Assembly (NCBI GenBank): GCA_002245135.1
Contig: NGBS01000024.1
Location: 62,001-118,465, forward strand
Length of the DNA stretch: 56,465 bases
Reading direction: 5' to 3'
Source of the DNA: Proteromonas lacertae
Lineage: Eukaryota
This document shows, piece after piece, positions 49,455 to 56,465 of this stretch (position 1 is its first letter; each line of letters opens with the position of its first letter). The position numbers and the translations under genes were made by a program. Below the pieces are notes generated by a model. That model saw only the letters and a program-made list of their open reading frames with translations. It searched no databases and was not told the origin of the DNA.

Positions 49455-52400
49455 TCAAAAATGTGAATTGTATAAATTAGTCTGCGTATGGAGGTATGAC
49501 TGAAACGATCCATTTCCATTTATTTCTATCGTTTCAATATTTGAAAATTCATCAAAGAATGTTCTTAATTCTGATATATGTACCTCTACTTTAAGAGTAA
49601 TTGATAATTTATCCAAATAATCAAATACATAATTGTTTTCTTTCATTAATCTCAATTCTCTGTCACTTAATTTATATCCTGTTATATCAATACCTCTTAA
49701 CTGTCTATAATCTTTTAATCTTTCTATTAACATTTTCAATCCTTTTTTACTCATTTTAATATCTATTCAAAGTGTATTATTTATAAAATACTTGAGAGAT
49801 TTAATGATTGATTATCATCAACAAATTTATCTAAATATTTACATATTATCTCTACTCCTTCATCTCTAATTGGATTATTATGTATTGATATAAACTTCAC
49901 ATCTTTTGGTAAAGAATCTATAAACTCTATCAATCCTCTATAACTTATGCTGTTATTGGATAAATCAATTACATCATAATCAATCTGTTTTATTAATGAA
50001 ATATAATAATCATTCAAATTAATATCTATTTCACTATAAATTTAGATTTTATACTTGAAAAATCAAACTCTCTACAATCATCATATCTTTTCTTCTTAGC
50101 ACAATACTCAAAATAATATATCTTTTCTTCAAATACCATAGGTTTGTATTTTATAAATGGGTATTTCTTTTTTTCTAATGATTTTGAACAAATTGATTTT
50201 AATAATTCTAAATCAATATCATTATCAATCAGGTTTATCATTTTACATTCACTAATCGATTTTATTTTCTTTGTCAATAGCATTACACTTTCTCTATTAA
50301 TTGAAATATTACTTAAATTTACTTCATTATTACTAACTAAAATATTGATTTGTTTTAACAACAATTTAAATCCATCATTACGGATTGGATTATCTATTAA
50401 CAAGTATAATTAATATTAAATACCATGTATATTTAATGTTTCAATGTTATTATTATTTTCCACATAATTCATCAAATATTCTATTCCATCTGGAAAAATA
50501 ACATTACCACTAATATCAAGTCTGATTTTGTGATGAATTGCATTTAAACCACCTACTATATATTTTAATCCAAATGAAGATATTCCCATTTCTATTCAAA
50601 TATAATAAAAACTTTGATACTTGAACAATTTATCAAATTATTATTATTGTAGTTACATAATAAATGTATATGCGGAGATAATAATTTCATTCCTTCATCT
50701 CCTATTATATTTCCATGCAATTGAAGGTGTTTTAGATTAGAAAATGAAGATAAATTGTTTATCAGTAAATATATACTTATATCTTTTAGTTTATTATCTA
50801 TGCAATAAAAAATATCAAATTATACTACTCAAATCTAGCTCTTCTATTTCTTCTAATTCATCTGATCTTAATGAAATGAATGATTTGAATTTATCATCCA
50901 TTTCTGAATTACTTAGATTGAATTGATTATCCTTAGGATTACTTTTGATATATTTTATTAATTCTGCAATTCTTTCATCTTTCTCTAATTCTTCATGTAC
51001 ATATGAATTATAGACTATTTTTGAAATATGAATGATAGAAAATAAATCTTTTAATCCTTTTGAATGAATATTTTGGTTGCCTTTAATGTATAGTTTGCTT
51101 ATTTTTGGATATTTATATAATTCTTCTGATAATAATTTCATTGACTCATCATCCAAATCCATATTTTCAAATATCAATTCATTATTTTTGTTTATCAACA
51201 AACGCAAATGCGGAATTATCAACTGAAAAGCTTCTGGACCAATTGGATTAGCTATTTTAATTTAATGTATAATTAATAAATACATTCAATGTTTAGATAC
51301 TTCAATTTCATTAAAGGAATTGATTTAACAAAGGTTTCAATGAAATAAAAAGTAAGATTACATCCTGATAAATCCAATTCTTGCAGATTTGAAATGTGAG
51401 AAAATAATGATCCATATAAAGGTTGAACTGGAAAAGGAATTTCGATATTATGATTAAAATCACCTATATATAAATAAATAAATACTCTAAAAATGTACGA
51501 AATTTGAGTTTCTTTGGATTGATTAAGCTTAATATCTTAAATAAATAGGTTATCCCTTCTTCACATATACAAAAGCATTTAGAGTTTATTCTGAATTTGT
51601 CTTTATTTACATATATGTTAAACACCTTTTCATCTAAATAACATTCAGCATCTTCTTCACATTCATGATAAATTTGAAAATTCAATCTTTCTTTTATTGA
51701 TTTATCTTCTGTGTAAAGTTTTATCATTAAAAGCATTGACAGTAATCTTTCATTTGAGTTATTATTATAATGGTTTATTAAATCATCTCTAATTTCTATT
51801 CAAATGATAGAATAAATATACTATTATCAATTTGATTGTCAAGATAATACTCTTCTGATAAAACCACCAGAATACCTAAATCATTATTATACAATGTTTC
51901 TTTTCTTTCTTTCACAATCATTAAATCTTTTTTGGAATCTTTCAATACTTTACTCATTTTTATCATCTCTTTTCTCAACTCTTTTAAACTCATTCTATCT
52001 TTATTTCTTACTTTCAACATTGTTTCTATCATTACTTTCATATCATCTACATCTATATCAAGACTGTATCTAGATACCACAATATTATCTCTTGTTTTAT
52101 TCAGATTTTCATCTTCAGCAAAGGGTAATTTCTTGTTTATCATCTCATATAATATACAACCTATTGACCAAATCACACTTCTTTCATTCACTTCTAAACC
52201 ATTCAATTCTTCTGAGCTTCTGAAATACAAATCGTATATCTTTATATCTTCTTCTTTTCTTAATGAGTTTAACCATAAGTCACATATCTTTACAGTCTCA
52301 CCTTCATCATCATAAATCACATTTGAACTCTTTAAATTATCAGCAAACACGTTCAATTCACTCAAAACTATAAATATATCGCATATTGAACGTATAGCAA

Positions 52401-52781
52401 CACAAATATCATGAATTGAGAGAGAATTGTTTTGAATTATCTCCTCCAAGTCTGCTAAGTAATAATCTCTTGAAACAAAAATATATTCGTTATGAATGTT
52501 TATTTGGAAAGGTTTAGAAGGATAAATTGAGGGTATAGAGTAATCTATTAAAAATGTGTTGTATTCATGGAATTTTAAAATTATATCTTCTTTTATTCTG
52601 GTAATGCTTAGAATTTTTAGGATGTTTGCATTGCTTCCATTTTGTATTTTCATATCTACTTCGTTTCTATTCTTCTTTATTCTCTCTACTATCTGCAAAA
52701 ATAAAATAACAAAAATACTGTTGTATCAGATGGTAATATTGAGTATACTAAGCTTTCAAGTAATGATTTTAAGGAAAACAT
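49455..52781 (-). CDS. pseudokinase plus LRR protein (paralog B, convergent with A)
   Basis: Collinear with paralog A (RDYY..DLEEIIQ, NLKSSN, SVIWSIGCILYEM, LSEELYKYP, NNPIRDEG) with matching LRR intron positions. Confidence 0.8.
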
Positions 52782-52905
52782 TTATACTAAAATAATGTAA
52801 CGAATTATTTTTTATTTATTAAAATTTACATCATATTAAATAAAATAAGCAAAGCTAATAAGCAAAGAATAACAAAATAAATGAAATAAAAACGAAACGA
52901 TGTTA

Positions 52906-55489
52906 TTAGTGTTTTATTCTTTTTGTTGATTTACTATAATCAATCTCTACTTCTTTATTCTTTCTTTTCTTCTTCTTCACATCAACTCCATCATTATTAT
53001 TTTCACCATCTCCTAATACAGCATTCAATGAACCCATTTCAAATAAACAATAATCAAGAAGAAAACTACTCTCGATTAATCTATCAATTCTCTATATAAA
53101 TAAAAGTAAGGAAAATATAAAATTATACATTTAAATGTCTTTCAAAATAAGATAATAGTGAATCAAACACCACATTCGAATTAATCAATTTGGCCAATTT
53201 ACTCATCTCATTATTCACAAATATTATCTTCATTATTCTACTACAAATCACTGTATTTTTAGCATGAGTATTCCATTTAACTAGATAATCTATTAAGTTC
53301 TTTAACTCTTCATCATTACATTCTATTATATATTCACTTATATCGATATTCTCTTCAAATATCTTTTGTAATAATACCAAACAATCATGAGGTCGATTTA
53401 AAGTTAAAGATAAATGAAAGGCTTTTTTAAATTCTTTTTTTCTTATACAATTTCTAAGTTCTTGTTCTTCCAATATATACTCTTCATTTTCTTTTATCTT
53501 CTTTTCTTCTAACTCTAAACTGACATCTTTCCATATATTGATAATAGAATCACTTCCACCACTAATGAAATGATTATTATTTACATTCAAACTCCAAATT
53601 TTATTTTTATGTTTATCAAAAGTATTGATACATTCATTGTCTTTAATATTCCATAGTTTTATCAATCCATCACCACTACTTGATATGATTTGTAAACCAT
53701 TACATATAAAACACGATTTTAATACTGCACTATTATGGCCTTCAAATGTCTTTAAACAATTTCCATCTTTTATATTCCATAGTTTGATAGTCTTATCACC
53801 ACTTGAACTTAATAATGTTTGATGAATTGTACTGAATTCTAAACTCCAAATACCTCTTTTATGTCCTTTCAATGTTAAATATAATTTTAGATCTTTTACA
53901 AACCATAGTTTGATTGTTGATTCTTGACTTCCACTTGCTATATACATATTATTTGGTGATATAATTATTGTATTGATTTCTTTATCATGACCTCGGATAC
54001 TCTTTTCACATTTATATTCTAATATTTCATCATCATTATTATTATTATTATTCCATTTTTTAGGAAATAACCATTTCTTTATTACTTTGTCATTTCCTCC
54101 TGAGATTATGAATTGATTGACTGGACCAGCATGAGGTAGACAAACACCAGCTATTCAAAATAGAATAAAAAGTTAATATTTATATATTCATACAAACACT
54201 ACTAGTATGTCCTTTACAAATTCCAATACATTTATATGTCTCTATACTCCATATTCTAATCGTATTATCTTTAGATCCACTTACTATATATTTATGATCA
54301 ATATCTAAATCTAAACATAAAACAGTATCTGTATGTCCTTTTAGAAATTTACAAGAAAATGAATCAATATTAAAGATTCTTATCTATTTTATATATTAAT
54401 AAGAAATAATATTATATATTATATATACTAATTCTGAATTAGATGCAACGGCTATTCTATTATCATCGATATATTTCATATCAATTATTTCATCATTAAA
54501 TCCTGCAATTTGATTGGTTACTTCTAATGTTTCAGAATTGTAATATAAAAAGTTACATTCTTTGGTTATTCCTATCAAACTATCTTCATCTTTATTGTAT
54601 AATAAATGGATAAATGGTTGGTTTATATTACTACTATTCTCCTTTTCTGCTGATTCACATTTGTAACTATATTGATTATTCAATTTCTCAAAAAATTTCC
54701 ATTTCTTTAACTTTCCTTCAGCTCCACAGGTTATAAAATATAATTCGTTTATTGTACTATTCTTTAAACACTTTATTCCTTCTAATTCTTCATAAATTAA
54801 TACAGTCTTTAATAATGAGTAGTTTTGACTGTTGTATATATTCACTACTTTATCTCTACCAGCTGTACACATCCATTTGTTATTATCTGAAAAGGAAATT
54901 GAACTACATACACTTAAATGTTCGGTTAAAATCTTAATACAGGTGTTTATAGTCAAATCCCAGATTCTAATCTTTGTATCATCACAACAGGTTATTAAAT
55001 GTAGTTGAAATGGGTTGAATATTAAGAAATTAATCACTCCTTCGTGATCTCTGAAATTATGAGTACAGAAGCCTCCTTCGATATTCCATACTTTAGCTGT
55101 ATGATCGCTACTACCTGTGGCTAATAATTTTCCTGTGCTTTCAAAACACATTGACAATATTGGTCCATCGTGAGCTTTCCATTGTCTTACACATTCACCT
55201 GTTGTTAAATCCCAATGACGTATCAGGAAATTTTGACTTGCAGTTATAATTTCATTTTTAACTGGATTTAGTTCAAAACAGATTATTTTCTCAGCATCTC
55301 CCTCTGGTTTAAGTTTTCTGGTAATTTGGCCATTTTTTGTATCGAAAAAAGTAACACTGGCCTTCATTCTCACAAACCAAAATCGAAGGATCAAGTGCAT
55401 ACTGTATTTTTCCACCTGTATAGAAGCTTTCATAGTTTTCTCTACTCCCAAACTTTAGATGTTCCATCATTCTGTAATTTCAATTCCAT
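52906..55489 (-). CDS. UTP13: U3 snoRNP WD40 protein Utp13/TBL3
   Basis: FYTGG start motif, many WD40 repeats (LKGHKRGIW) and the Utp13 domain WNTHAKN..YFERHL.RIDRL. Confidence 0.9.
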
Positions 55490-55551
55490 TTTCAACCAAA
55501 ATAGAAATGACAGCTTGACAGAAAGCTTGAATTTTATCAGTTTAAGAGAAA

Positions 55552-56465
55552 ACGGGGAGATAACGTAGAAAGACGTTATACCTTGGAGTTCCATATATCT
55601 ATTAATAGGATTATCAAGGCCCAGAAGGCTTGATCCAATAACAGGACTGTCTACCCCAACTTCTAGACGTCAATCATCGATTCGTAGGATATCAAGATTA
55701 GCTGGTCCAGGTATTATTATTTTATCATTGTCTAGCTGCTGATGACCAGTACGGAAATGTAGAATTACAACATCAGTATATTTCTTATATTTCATAATTA
55801 ATAGTCGAACTTCAACCATAGTTGGCCGATCCAGTCCAATAGTATTTTTGCTTGTATTTATTATGTAGGATTTAGATTCACCACTTCCTAAGTGTAAATC
55901 ACCACTAAGTAGCCAATCAGGTGTATTTACATCGTGTTTTGATTCAAATTCGAGTATACCAGAAATTGATGATGAACTGGCACATATAAAACCAGATAAA
56001 CCGTTTATAAAAAGTCCAATAGATGCATCAGCTACAAAATCAACAAATAATCTGCCGAATCTAATCCTGCAACAGCAACAAGCAAACAAAACAGTAGCAA
56101 CAACAACTACCACAGCAGCTAAAACTGCAAACACAACAACACCATCTCCGATAGGTAAAGCTCCACCAATCAATTCCAAAGCAGCGAGTAATCCTGGTGT
56201 GAAAAAATCACCCATTGTACAAGATAAAAAAGTAACTACTACACAGAAATCTAATGTAAATACAGTGAAACAATCAGCATCACAAGGAACATTATCGCCA
56301 TTATCTAAACTACCAACTGGTATAAAACCACCCACAACAACAACAACAACAACAACAGCTAAACCTGCTGCTGCTGCTGTATCAACTACTGCAAAACCAT
56401 TAACAAATGTAAAATCAACATTACCAGCTGCAAAGCCTAATTCTACTACAAATGCTGCTAAACCT
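55552..56465 (+). CDS. hypothetical low-complexity Thr/Ala/Pro/Lys-rich protein, 3' partial, start codon unclear
   Basis: Four short GT-AG introns splice into one continuous frame (RLSRPRRLDP..SPI|DLDSPLP..TTTAAKP) that runs to the window end. Confidence 0.6.

Noticed and set aside
10300..55450. Many +1 frameshifts, some adjacent to stops (GAA-T-AGA ~17007, CTA-T-GAA ~25947, AAA-TGA ~15045), suggesting Euplotes-like programmed frameshifting
   Set aside because: Other shifts have no stop at the site and would destroy conserved motifs (CDK GAT ATA g TGG, PTC7 extra C, DUF4505 extra G). Many lie in homopolymers. Insertion-biased long-read error explains them all; short-read polishing would settle it.
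55670..56335. 221-aa hydrophobic minus-strand ORF
   Set aside because: Antisense shadow; intron signals and codon pattern support the plus-strand gene.

Overview
A very AT-rich, gene-dense eukaryotic (protist) nuclear segment using the standard genetic code, with about 29 protein genes broken by ultrashort, mostly 25-45 nt, GT-AG introns. The flagellar gene CCDC96, mitochondrion-type genes, a Dam1-like gene, tiny introns and GU-rich 3' elements suggest a flagellated Blastocystis-related stramenopile such as Proteromonas (inference only). Scattered single-base insertions in conserved genes look like long-read assembly errors. The main discovery is a three-layer transposon nest at 22878-26866. 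A hAT element (8-bp TSD, BED-finger transposase) is split by a perfect 639-bp fold-back element with TGT..ACA ends and a 5-bp TSD. That element is split in turn by a second 626-bp TGT..ACA element with a 5-bp TSD. The two inner elements differ in sequence but share one design: TGT followed by two tandem 17-bp sites at each end, and a doubled GGCTTGA motif at the midpoint that also occurs in host promoter regions. Other highlights: a U12-type AT-AA/AC intron in PTC7, pseudokinase-LRR paralogs whose LRR exons are all phase 1-1, a Dam1-winged-helix fusion, an MABP-like/CCDC96 fusion, and a tandem pair of Cys-rich proteins with gene-conversion-like mosaicism. Gene boundaries were reconstructed by eye and are approximate where indels occur.
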